A stretch of 59,469 nt of DNA, counting the filler, from Sphacelaria rigidula (Eukaryota), in assembly GCA_964200075.2 (NCBI GenBank). It is 4 parts of 4 records of this genome, joined end to end, with 100 filler letters (N's around TTAATTAATTAA, not from the genome) between each part and the next. Parts side by side here need not be neighbours in the genome. Positions count along the whole stretch, not along the records: positions 29,787 to 44,578 come from CAXNAA020002046.1; positions 44,679 to 59,469 come from CAXNAA020002047.1; 2 more parts are not named here. The stretch is one strand, 5' to 3'. The notes under the pieces were generated by a model that saw nothing but the letters and a program-made list of their open reading frames with translations, was not told the origin of the DNA and did no database searches. Made by a program: the position numbers and the translations under genes. Of the stretch, positions 38,101-50,300 are shown piece after piece. Numbering within the stretch: position 1 is the stretch's first letter; every line of letters begins with the position of its first letter.

Positions 38101-41100
38101 GAAACAAGATACACTGCAGACTCTGTCAGCACTCAACCGCGTGAGCTATAAATAAGACTACAAGTGGTTTTTGTATTAAAGCAATGCCCTCGGTCGTGTT
38201 AGGACTATATCCTACGTGTGCGCAAGGTTGCGGTGGCGTCGGCCGAGTGAGGGAGGATAGAAAAGTTCAAGGTACTGCCCGAGTACTGACTGTGCGTCAA
38301 AAACGTCCTTCAGTTCACAACTTACAGCACGCCAAGCCCCGAGCATGTGTGTCACGTCAGCAGCAGCGAAGCCAACGCCAGAGATATCTTCTATCGCTAG
38401 ACATACCGAAAGAGGTTACTCGTGCGGTCGTGGGTTGTATATTGTCGAAGTTAAGCTGCCTCTGCCCGCCTTGCAGCAACCCGAAATATGCCGAATAAAG
38501 CCCTCCCACGCCTTAGGCTGACAGAGATGAAGTTTGGTTTCTGTTTGCGAGCGTATGCAGAAAATGAATCGTAAAAAATTCAAAATGGAGGTTGTCAAAA
38601 ACACATTAACGCGTAATAGCCCGTTTTTATTTTTCATTTTTCGGTCTTCGGCTGACAAGAGTCACGTTGACAAAAAGAGAACGCGTTTCCGAAAATTTCT
38701 AATATGGCGAGTAGCAGACACCGTAACAGAAACTAAAAACTGAAAACTGCATGTACATGGCTGTGTGCACCGCGGAAATGTTTTTGTTGAACACGCGTTC
38801 TGCTTCACCTTTATCGTTAGGTTTGGAAATCAAAACCAGTGACGAAATACGTTATTCTCACCCCAAAGGTCTTATGCTGCGAGGTTCATGCGTTCCTCGG
38901 CATTTTTTACTTTGAGAGGTTTTGGCTGGGGCTTTAGACTTTAGATTTCCATGTGGTGTAGTGATGTGGCGTAAAGCCTCTCGTGCAGCTCGTTGTCCCA
39001 CGACAAATGTACTACATATTCCACAGAAGCATCAAGTCATCATTCCACCGTCTGGCATCAGTGTTTAGAGCCTCGCACCAGCTCCACACCAGAAAGATGA
39101 AGAAGCATAACTGTAGCCCAATTTTCTTTGGTTTTGCAGATAGTGTGGGGTCATAGTTCACAGCACGAGTCAGATATTGTTCGAGAGCTGTTCTTACACG
39201 CGTTTTGCCGATGCCCACGTGTTCTTATTTTGGTTTAATGTCGGACCAAAACTGTTTTTTTTGCCCTCATGTTTTGTTTCGAGATATGCAATCACGTGTT
39301 TAAACAACAACCCCCAAAAAGAGACGAGATATGTCTATACTGTAACGCCCTTCACGAGTACGTGTATTCGTTATTGGCTTGGACGAAAACATCATTCCGC
39401 CGACGATAAAAGCGAGAGATGTCTCAGACGAGAAGTACTTCCACCCCTGTTGCGGAGCGCGTATGTCGGTGTTGACTGCTGAATCGTTCGGTGTTTTGGA
39501 AGCTGTACATGTACTTGGGTTTCTCTGTGCGTGGACGACTTCTCAAACACTGGCAAGACATGAACATCATGTTTCGATATTTTAATATCCTTGATAGTAT
39601 AGTTGTCCCTTCATGATTCAGCTGTGTCACTCGACATTCCACCCAACAAAATGCGCACATAGACGAACTGAAAAGCGAGCAGGAGAGAACTAGACGCAAC
39701 ACACGACTTGTGACAGGGTAGATCCGCTGCGCTTGAATTCCGTGATAGGCATCAACCCTTTCATTCCAGGACATCCTTTGCAAAAGCATATGCACCACCC
39801 CCCCTCCCGCTCCCGAAAACGAAAGGTTGTCCAGAATTCGACGCCGCTGATTCCTCAGTTGAGCTAGGTTTATCTTGCGATCCATGCGCCATACATACCT
39901 GACGCGTTTTGTACGGTCTACTCCCGGCACGATAGAAGTGAATGGCGATACAAGGCTTTATCTGCATGATAGGGTGCGATTCGAAGAGTTTGCGGTACTC
40001 TATTTTTTGCAAGTTTTTTTGTGAGATTCCGCGGTCCGGTATAGTACTAAAGGTTGAACATCGGTGTGGTATATTGGAGTTCCGTATACCGCAATGACCC
40101 GCAATGAAGCCACCAAGGGGTATCTTCGGAGGATAGTGCTGGTACTTTTCCGTCCTGGATGAACTGCGGAACAGCAGCACGAATGCCCCCTCCGCCCTTT
40201 CCAACGGCCCTGCCCCCCGTGCAGGTGCGTTCAGCTTGCACACCGGCAGCGACTACGGGCTCGCACAGGCATCGCACGGTACGATCTCGAGTCTGAGGAA
40301 GCCACCCGATGGGTGTCCTATGCATGGGTCATGGGTTGTCTGGGGGGCTCGTGTCTCTTCCTGGGAGCGAGCGTATACGGGGACCCGAATAACACGTGGT
40401 CAGCCAGAGGAATTTCGCACTTGGTGCTGTTTCTCTTGGCCGCTCTGGGATTGTTGGGTCAGGCCATGTGCACATCGTGGGCGCTTCGAAAGGCCAGGTA
40501 GGGACAAGTGAGGAAGGGAGAGGAGACCGAGATTGACTGTTTTTTACAGGATGTTCTGCTCTTGTACACCCTGCTGCTGCTGCTGCTGCTGCTCCAAACC
40601 ACGGACTCTCAGGACACCCATCGTACCTACAATATACATGAGAGACAAAGTATTCATCTACCTGTCACGGGTCGCCCATCTGGAACTTCGTCCGATTTCT
40701 GCTCGAAGTACACCTTACCACGTGCAAGGCCAAGTACAGATGTGGCAGAGATACACACACATATATATATGTATGTCTAACTAAGATTACGTGTGAACGC
40801 TCCCGTGCAAGCGGGACAATTAGACCTACTCTTAATACAGTACACTCAACAAACCCCTTCAGCTCCACGTTACCCTACGATATTTTCCTTTTCCGAAAGC
40901 TTGATGAAAAAGTGCAATGTTTTGTCATCATCGTTCACCTTCGACGAGGGCGAAGTTCGATCTTCGACCCAATTAGTCAGTGCCTGAAAGTATCGCGTAA
41001 TGGTCAGTACGCGAAACCCTGATGATGGATGCGACACTTTGATCCTGAAAAACGGAAAATCAATTCTGAAAAACATGGGTACACGATGAACACAGGAGAC

Positions 41101-41169
41101 ACCAGAACGCAAGAAGAGTGTCTCTGATTCCTTCGGGCTAGAGTTTTCTTTGAATGATATTTCCTGACA

Positions 41170-42275
41170 GCATGGGCGTCTGAATAGTGTAGCCGCGACA
41201 TGCGTTCGTCATATCAATATGATTTCGACCAACAACAATCATAGACGCTGTGTTTGTTGTTTTCTGTTTGCAGACTACCGTACGGCGCTTTTTTTCGTCG
41301 GCCTTTCTGTGTTCCTTAGATTCGATTTCCCGGGGTTCGGGGTTCGGTGAATTTAACAGCCGAATTTTTGTATTTTTTTGTCCTGGCCGTCTATTTGTTG
41401 TTGGTATATTGGACTGGTGGTCCTGACGTATTGGTTCTGCATAACGGAGACTTGAATCTTACATGCCTACACGGCCAAAACGCAAGAAAAGCGTCGATGT
41501 TTTCTTCAGGCTGGAGTTTGCTTCGGACCGTATATGGCTGTACATGTGCTACACACTCACGTTGAAGCGGTAACGTGATTAGTTCTCCTTACAGCGTGGT
41601 AGTCGTCCAATCAATCAGTAAAAGCGTAAGCAACAACAACAAAACAAATGCTTCGGCTTCTCGGAGTTCGGTGAATCTTTGACTCGCAGTTTTATTGTTC
41701 TATTGTCTCTTTCTGGGTTGTCTATTATTTGGCAATCGCAGCCTTTATTGTATATGTGCAAGAAATGACGTTCAAACGGTAACACGATTATATTCCCCGA
41801 TACCATAGGCGTCTGAATAGTGTAAGCGCGACATATGCGTGGGTAATATCAATATGACGCTGTGGTTGTTGCCAGTTTGCAGCCCACCGCGGGACGCTTT
41901 TTTCGTCGGCCTTTCTGTGTTCCTTAGATTCGATTTCCCGGGGTTCGGGAATCGTTGAATTTAACCGCCGATTTCCCGCGGTTCGTTGAATTTTGGGGCC
42001 GAATTTGATTGTCTCTGTCTTGGCCGTCTATGTTTTGGTAAATTGCAGTCTCCGCTTGAGTTATTTGTAAGGTTCGGTGAATTTCGGAACGAGAAATTAC
42101 TTTTTGTCTCTTTCCGCCAGGCTGTCTCTGGCTTGGGTGAAATTTGAAACACGCATACATTTTTGATTGCCTTTTTCGTTGGCCTTTCTGCATGTGTTCC
42201 TTAGATTTGATTTCCCGGGGTTTGGGGTTCGGTGAATTCAACAGCAGAATTTTATTGTCTCTCTCCTGGCCGATC
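41170..42275 (+). repeat. Diverged direct repeats (two ~200-bp copies ~630 bp apart plus a partial third)
   Basis: GGCGTCTGAATAGTGTA...TTTTTCGTCGGCCTTTCTGTGTTCCTTAGATTCGATTTCCCGGGGTTCGGG at ~41175-41345 and ~41808-41950, with a partial copy at ~42170-42275. Confidence 0.75.
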
Positions 42276-42879
42276 AGCGCTCGACGGCGTGGGCCACAAA
42301 TAGAACTATACCACGTTGTTCGTGGTTTCCAAAATTGTGCACAGTCATCCTCAAGCCCACAGCTACTGCTCCTGAAATTACCCAAAAGTGCCATCGTTTC
42401 GATATGCTTGGACTTAACTTTCACGGAGGGGCACTTTGACACATTCGGGTCTTCCGCGACTTGACTATATCTTCGGTGGAGGGGCATTTTGACACATTCG
42501 GGTCTTCCGCGTTTTTCACACTTTTAAAACGTGGGACAAAACTCGGTGTGTTTCATCCACCATTCCGCGCTCTCAACGTTCGCGTTCCTTAATACCTATC
42601 ATGCCACACCCGTGCCAGATCTTCCTTCTACTCATCCCATATAACACGGTTTCATAACCGATACACACATCAAATCTCTGGCTCAGACCCTCTTGGTAGG
42701 AGTAATTGGCCGCCGATAGGTGGCCCCGTCCGATCCTTGTATATATTACATGTGTGTAGGCATTTAAATGTGTTTTGTAGCCCTTGAACCCCTCCCCCCC
42801 TCCCTTCATGAAACCAAGAAGAAATAATGTCCATCGGTGAATGTGGCGGCAACAAGAAAATAGTATGTTACATCGTAGA

Positions 42880-43468
42880 GATGGGGGGGAAAGGAGCGCA
42901 AAGACGGAATATAGAGGAGGAAGAGCACCTGAGAACATACGAGAAGTTGAGAGAGGAGTAGGGATGAAAACGTATCTGCACATTCCAATGGACCACGCGA
43001 AAAAGTTGAAACTGTGATTTCGGGTGGGAGCTGAGCGTGCCAGAAAGAAGAGGTCTACCAGTAGTCGAGTGCAGGAGGAAACAGATGCACAGAATTGCCC
43101 CCGTGGCAAAGCAAGAGAGTATAACTCATGTAGTGGCAGATTATGAACTAAACAAGAAGGAACGGCACGTGTTAGGAGGGAGAATTGTGGGAAGTGAACG
43201 AAGGTGGCACGGAATTGTTTGATACATTGAGGCAGTAGAGAGATACGATCGCTGTGCTTGGAGAAATATGGTTGCCACAGCCTGCAAAACACGCGAGATA
43301 TGTGAAAATTTTTGTGTAATACATGGAAGGAACGTACTGAGCGCCAAAATGTTGGAGGTGTCTCTACTAGGAGTAGAAACGTTGCTTCATCTCGAGAGGG
43401 ATGCGTGGGCAGTGGTCAAACGACCAAGACAAGCAACAAAGGAGTACGCCCCCCCGCCCCGCCCCCCC
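42880..43468 (+). mobile_element. 5'-truncated LINE copy, same family as 13655-14794, including the 3' terminus
   Basis: Clear nucleotide similarity to 14490-14790 (GGGATGAAAAC(G/A)TA..TGCA, TTTCGGGTGGG, CCAGAAAGAAGA, CCAGTAGTCG). It ends in ...GGTCAAACGACCAAGACAAGCAACAAAGGAGTACGCCCCCC. Confidence 0.85.
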
Positions 43469-43649
43469 TACCTCTCGGGAGCATCCAGTCACAGTGGATC
43501 GACCCATCTCCCGCGTAGCACCTGCCTAGCATGTTTTCTTTTCCCCGAAGATTGGATCAACGCTCCCACACCCCCATCAACTCCCGTCGCACGTTTTTTG
43601 CTACTCACGTCCTCCTGTGTCCAACGACGTGGATCAGATTTTGCTCGGA

Positions 43650-44400
43650 AATACTGTGTCTGGTGATGGTTGTGTGCGTTGCATTATCTGTTGAATCGGC
43701 ATCAGTTTCACTTGAAAAAGATGTATGCACGGTCCTGACGGACTACCCTCGCGGTCTGCGGTTTAAAAACTCTTGTATTCAGCGTCTCTTGGTGAAAAAA
43801 TTGCATGTGCGGTAGTTGAGCAGCAGGAGCAGCAACAGCTGCAGCTGTGGTACAAAGACAGTAGAAAGGGAGGTACAATCGAGACGATGCGACATGCGTG
43901 CAAGATCGCAACACGTTCGAGGTGTGCCAGCTCTGCCCCGAGAGTTCAGTGGAGAACGAGAACATTCTGCCGTGCCATACCTTCTCCGATTCTCAACTGA
44001 ACATGATGCCGATTTCAAAAATGAGCATTTTGCCTCGATTTCAGCCCGAAGAAGGACGTAGATGTCCCGTTGCCGAGCACATGCAAAGGCTCGACACTTG
44101 ACAATGAGTTGCCAGCGAATCAAGAACATACTGCTCGAGCCGTACGTAGTTGTTGCTCATCCGTTGAGCCGTGCGACCTTGCGTAAAGCTGTTCAGGAAT
44201 CAACGAGAAACGGTGATTTGTGCGAGACCCGCGCGAACCGGTGATGACTGTGCGCGTTGCGCAATGATGCACATAGTCTGAAGAAAAAGCCGTAGATTCT
44301 CACCGGCTGCATACGTTGTGCGCGACCTCTCGACAAATCTGTACAGAGCTCAATGAGACATGATCAGAAAAATTATAACAGCCTGCATCCGTTTCTGAGG
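43650..44400 (+). pseudogene. Possible decayed hAT-type transposase relic
   Basis: Frameshifted peptides such as WLCALHYLLN and KIATR(F)...ESSVENENIL resemble the hAT CxxH and TRW/F motifs. Weak. Confidence 0.25.
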
Positions 44401-44578
44401 TTCGACTCGAAAGTAGTGCTTTCCCTGACCTAAAGTCATCATCAATGAATTTCATATGGATGACCTCATGCCCCCCGACCTCCTTGAAACTATTTTCGGG
44501 GGTTGCCTGTCTTCCGTGCCCCCAAAGCGTATGTGCGAAAGCACCTTTTTGCCTCGAAATAAAAAAAAAAAAGGGGAC

Positions 44579-44678
44579 NNNNNNNNNNNNNNNNNNNNNN
44601 NNNNNNNNNNNNNNNNNNNNNNTTAATTAATTAANNNNNNNNNNNNNNNNNNNNNNNNNNNNNNNNNNNNNNNNNNNN
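44579..44678. other. Artificial contig-joining spacer
   Basis: N44 + TTAATTAATTAA + N44. Confidence 0.97.
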
Positions 44679-46189
44679 CGGGATACGTGATGTGGCCGTA
44701 ACTGGAATTCATCCCCGTGCTCTTCCAATTTCTCCAACCCCCCCCCCCCCCCCCCCCCCCCCAAAATGAACACACACACGCATGCGGTGAATTGACCTGC
44801 ATTGCTCAAGCGTTGCAAATCAGTCGCAACAGTTGGTGAGCGTCTCGGAGGCGCCGTAGATGATCGAATGCCAAAAAAACAGCTTCTCATCATCCCCTTG
44901 CCGACATGTAGAACGAGCGAAGGCAGCAGGCATATCCAACCAAAATTACAAGCCAACCGATTCCTTCCCCGTCCCCCGCCGTCACGATGTTCCCTCAGCA
45001 CTGTCACCAACCGCGGTCGGGTGGCTGAGAATTAATTATTATTCACAATAGGGTGGCCGACGAATAAAATCACAGCAGAAATATAGATGCATCCATTTCT
45101 TGAAGGAAAAAAAAATCTATTACGACTGACTGCGAAATTGTCACGCAACTCAAACTCAAACTCAAATGAGAATTATGAGCAACACGGCCTGGGGAATACA
45201 GAATTCTTCGCTTCGAATGTACTCCCCTTAAGTCCCAACAGCGGGGGGGGGTCGACGAAACATGATTGATTAGTGCACATCTTGCAATCCAAGAGCTGGA
45301 GGTGAGAGATGATGCTACGCGCGACTCTTTGAGCAAGAACCGTTCTTCGTTTGCATGACGCCATCCGTTTTCCTCTGCCGTCGTGCAGTATCTCTCAAGA
45401 CCACCAACAAATAGTGCACGTGTACCAAATATCATGTTTCAATACCACCCCCATGAAGGTTTGACGAAAGGCAACGGATGCTGTACTCCCACTGCTCAAC
45501 TGCGGAAAATAAAATGTCACATCTATCCTCCACAAGCAGCATCAACACCAACAGACCACCAGCAGCAGCACAAGCAGCACCAACACCGTTTGCCTTTCCA
45601 GTTAACACTTGCCTCCTGTAACAAAACCAGACAAGATTAAGTCATGGTTGTTCTCGTCTCCCACATCAGACACAACAAACTAGAACAACCCAAACATACC
45701 CCCTTTCCTTTCCCCCCCCCCTCAATACAAGCAATAAAGGTGAAAACAAAACAGGCAAAACCTCACCATCAAGTCGGCAACAGCGTAAAAGCGCGGGGAC
45801 ACAAGACACGATCCCCTCCCTCTCCTCAACACTGACGCCGCCCATCCCCAAGAATCAAGTCCCCAAGCCTATCTACCCACCTCTTTCACCATACTCAAGG
45901 ATCAAGACCATCCAAGTAAAAAAAACTCATTTCAGCCGCGCGCTCGCGGTCGAACAACAGTAAATCATACTTCAGGAGTCACGAACAATACCGTCCGACA
46001 CTAGAAAATGTATATTACTATGCATATACCACACGCCGAGCGGCCGTCCCCGAACACAACAGAATCGGGAAACGGCATTCTGGGGTGGGGGGGGGGGGCT
46101 CCGGGAAACCGCCCCCAGAAGACACAAGCGATACATGCCTCACGTGAGGTCGCCCCATCAACCGGTAGTTTTAATCTCCTACACGGGAA

Positions 46190-47299
46190 TTACGCACTCC
46201 CCGCCATACCTCCTCCCCCGCCCCCGCGTGACCGCTCGTCGAGCACGGCCTGCGGTAAGATGAGGTAAAATGGATCGACCTTGGCTTCGAAGGCCGCCTC
46301 GCCCACGGAACCCATGACGACCAAGTACGAACCTTTCATCCTTCCGAGGACCTGCGAGGAGTAGACGAGGGTCGGAAACATGAGTTTTGAGCGTGCCAAA
46401 GATAGGATTCGCGAGATCTTGATTATATCACGTACAAAACTGCCAGCTACTGCACAATCGGCTGGTCCTGCGCGCCAGGGGGGGTGGAGAGCGAGGCAGA
46501 CGTTGCGGCTGTAGTGCTCACACCACACAAGCCTTGGTCCGTATTGGTAAAAACCGTTCTCCGTGGCCAATGTCTCTCGATGGGGCGTCATTTCTGACAT
46601 ATATAGTGTGCGAATACAACAATGATGGCAGACCCCGAAGTGGAAGCTGCTACCCAGGTTGTCTAGCGATCTTTATCCGTCACGAGGACATGCAGAGATT
46701 CAGTCAGAGCACAACACTTCGACATCTCTGAACACACGCCATCATCTTGCATGAGTCACTTTCTACCGTGCACTCACCAACCCTCATCCCCGAGACTGCG
46801 GTTTGAATGCTGATTCATTTCAATACCCGTGCACCTCACCCTTATCCCGGGGGAGAGAGGGGGAGGGGGGGGGGCGTACTCATTTGTTGCTTGCCTCAGT
46901 GGGAGAGATGGAAGGACGAAACTACTGGGCCTGCGCATGACATACCTGGTAACCTTTCTTGGGGGCACAAGTGATGGGGCAAGCCGACGAGTATTCGAAG
47001 CTTTGTCCCGGCTCCAGCACCGGCTGCTGACCCACCACTCCGGGACCCTTGACCAACTGCGGCGCCTGTGGCGTCAGCGTCCGGCGTTAACAAGAGAGAC
47101 ACGCCAACAACGAAAACAGGAACGAAAACCACAATCGATTTCAATTTTCCAACAGTTCCAGGGTTTCACATGCTCAAAGCAATACCCTTTGCGGAGTGAT
47201 CATTCATCCACAACGCAAGCAACGAAGCGTTTCGAACCACCACGAACAAAATCGGCAGCGGGAGTGATGGCTATGCACATACTCACGCACACCATTATC

Positions 47300-47334
<35 letters not shown>

Positions 47335-50300
47335 CGAGAGGGTCAAACTGTCGTCAAACCATCCACACCACTACAAGAAGCGGAATATTCTCAATCGAGG
47401 GAGTATGGGTTCTGTGGGAGCGAATAATTTCCAGTTGCCTCTTTGAGAAATAAATCAAAGTGACACATCAATCACGATACATGTGAGATGACAGCCCGAA
47501 CAGAATCTGAAAGGCTCAGGCTTTCGAACGTATGTATCGCGGATGCTGAACATCGAAGTGATTGCCTTTCAACACGCTGAGAGAGTGGTAAGCAGACGTA
47601 GTAGCAGGCAGTGCGAGTGTCGAAGGTCGTACTATCCGGAACACGGAACACTCATTTTGTACGGTGAGAATTCTAGAAGGAGTTGCATCGTTCCACCACC
47701 AACACTACCAACAACGAAAGGATCGACCTCTCGTCGGAACATTCGAAACATCAAACCAAGATCACCATTTTGTACAAGGACTCGCACGATGTGACACGAT
47801 ACTGCGTCCAACATACACGTCATCCCATTCGTCCACACCATGAAACACTAGACGAATGACAAAACACGAACGTGTCGCAACACACCAAGCGACTCATGCA
47901 GCGTTTCAAGGCGAACCTTGAACCCGTTCACATGAAACCTACCGCATCCACAACTCTGCAACGTGGGCCTTCGGAAAATGACCGGAAGAGGTGATCACGT
48001 GGACGTTTTTTCAAGTGCGAAACCACCAGCAGACACGGAAATACTGGGAAAACTTTGAAACTGACTCGATTTACTGCACTCTTGATGCACTGTACACCCT
48101 GGTCATCTGTGTAGCCCAGGTTTGGTGCACGGATGTAGTCGGAACAACGTGTTTTGGGCATTTTCACGGGTGATTGATGGATCGCCGGACTGCGGATCCG
48201 ATCAGTGGACTCCGTGAGTTTTATTCCGATGATACGAGGTTGATCCTCACTCTGTGCGGAGGAGCTGGCGTGATGCTCTCCGGTACAATGAACAGCTACT
48301 ATAGGATGTATATGTACGCAACTACAGCTGAAGTCCTCGTGTCCACCATTCCACGTAGCTGACTGGTCCGATGTGACACAACTCTACAGCACCCGCTTCA
48401 AAACTTCACCAAATATGCAGATCACCCCCCTGCCAGTGGGGTGTTGATACCCACTGCTCTACATCGAAAGCAAACGGTATACACACCGCATCCACAACTC
48501 TGCAACGTGGGCCTTTGGAAAATTACCAGAAGAGGTGATCATGTAAACGTTCATTCAAGTGCGAAACTACCAGCAGACAAGAAAAAACTGGGAAAACTGG
48601 GAAACTAACTTGATTTACTGCACTACGAAAACGTGGTACGTTCGTATGCGTTGCTCGTAATCCGTACGTATTACATGCCCAGGTGATCGAGCAAGTGAGG
48701 GCCCAACAAGAGGATGCACGCATTTTTTGGCCGGCAAGCTGTTGAAGCTACTGACGTGATACCCCCCGCACACAGACGCCCGCCAGCCCGCGCTCACCTC
48801 TGTAGCCTCTATGGCCTTGATTTCCCACGTCCTTGACACCAGCTGAACCGTCTGCGGCGACTCGTTGGTGATCTTAACTTTGTAGAGGAACACGTACTGG
48901 TCCTTCGAGGGGTTGCTGTGTTCTGGGTAGTACTGACTGCGCACCTCCACCCTGAGTAAACGGCGTGATACCAAAAAAATCAAACGAAAAATGACACCAA
49001 ACAAGAACGGTGTTCGTCCATTGGCGTCATCATCACTGGAATTTTTCTCTTTGTTTCTGTTTCCCCTTTCCAAGCTGAGGCGGGTGCTAGTGCGAGGGCA
49101 CAGAAACGAGGTGCACCACCGCAAGACCAACTATGACCCAGCAACCACTGACGTGGGCACCCTGGTGCTCCAGCATGTCCGAATCATCACGATGGCAACA
49201 ATGGACAAGCTAACGCGACACACGGGTACAAGAACTGTAGCGGCCGCGGTGGTCATGGGTCAAACAGAAAATTCACTATCGATGAGTGATACTATTTTAG
49301 GGCGGAGGAGGGCGGGGGAGGGGGTGTACTCATTTGTTGCTCGTCTTAGTCGTTCGACCATTCACCACGCATCTCTTCCGAGACGGGACAGCGGGGAGGG
49401 GATTTCACGAAAAACGGGGACTCACAGGTATATCAGCAGACCTACATACATGCGGTGCGTCTGTATTTAGGTGAAAACGATGCCAAGTGGCGTAAATGAG
49501 AAGCGCATCTGGAAACAAGCGCATTCGGACAAACATTGCTGTTTTTGACGACGATTCGAGGTGGAATTTCGTGGAATAAACGGCCCATGATACCACCCTC
49601 CCCGGCGTGGGATTACTCGATTACTCCGTGTAGTGAAAAGTCTACCAGACATCTTTTGTGACGTCATGGGCGCTACGGGAAAAGCCAACCCAAGGAAGAA
49701 GGGAGGGGGGGGGAGGGGCTTGTTACGGGAGGGTGTGGTGTCACCTGCAACCACAATATCAGAAGAAGAGAAAAATGGGGGGCGAACAGCAACGCAGTGT
49801 CGTCTGTCTCAAATGTCCAGCGTGACATCGTATCCCATACATACCTGACGCCGTTCGTTGTGGTGACGCTCTTGGCACTGTATCCATCGCTGACAGTGCT
49901 GCCGTTGCCCGTGGACTTGGACGATGCTTGCCCCTCCCCATTCGTGCCGGTGGATAGACCCATTTGCTTGGCCGCCTGAAGTGCAAGAACAAACATATGG
50001 TCAAGACTTGATTTTTTCCACCATCAAAAGACATGAGAGATCTCATCATGAGAATACCATGAAAATTGGCCCCGAAGTGACGCACGAACACTTCATGTGT
50101 TTGGCATTTGTCTTTTTCGTATTAACTTTTCTTGCCCTCATTTTCTTTTTTTTCGCAAAACCAACGACAGCCCTGTGCCTGTCATAAAGGGTCCCACTCG
50201 TGAAAATGAAAATAAACATGAACATGAAAAAACATCATAATACTGAGGACGCGATAAAGCGTGTTTCTGACCGCATCGTACGGCGCCATCACCAAATGAC

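Noticed and set aside
41170-42275. Possible CRISPR-like repeat-spacer array
   Set aside because: Repeats are long, irregularly spaced and diverged; the context is eukaryotic with no cas genes.
42573-43292. 239-aa minus-strand ORF
   Set aside because: It is an antisense shadow of the LINE fragment.
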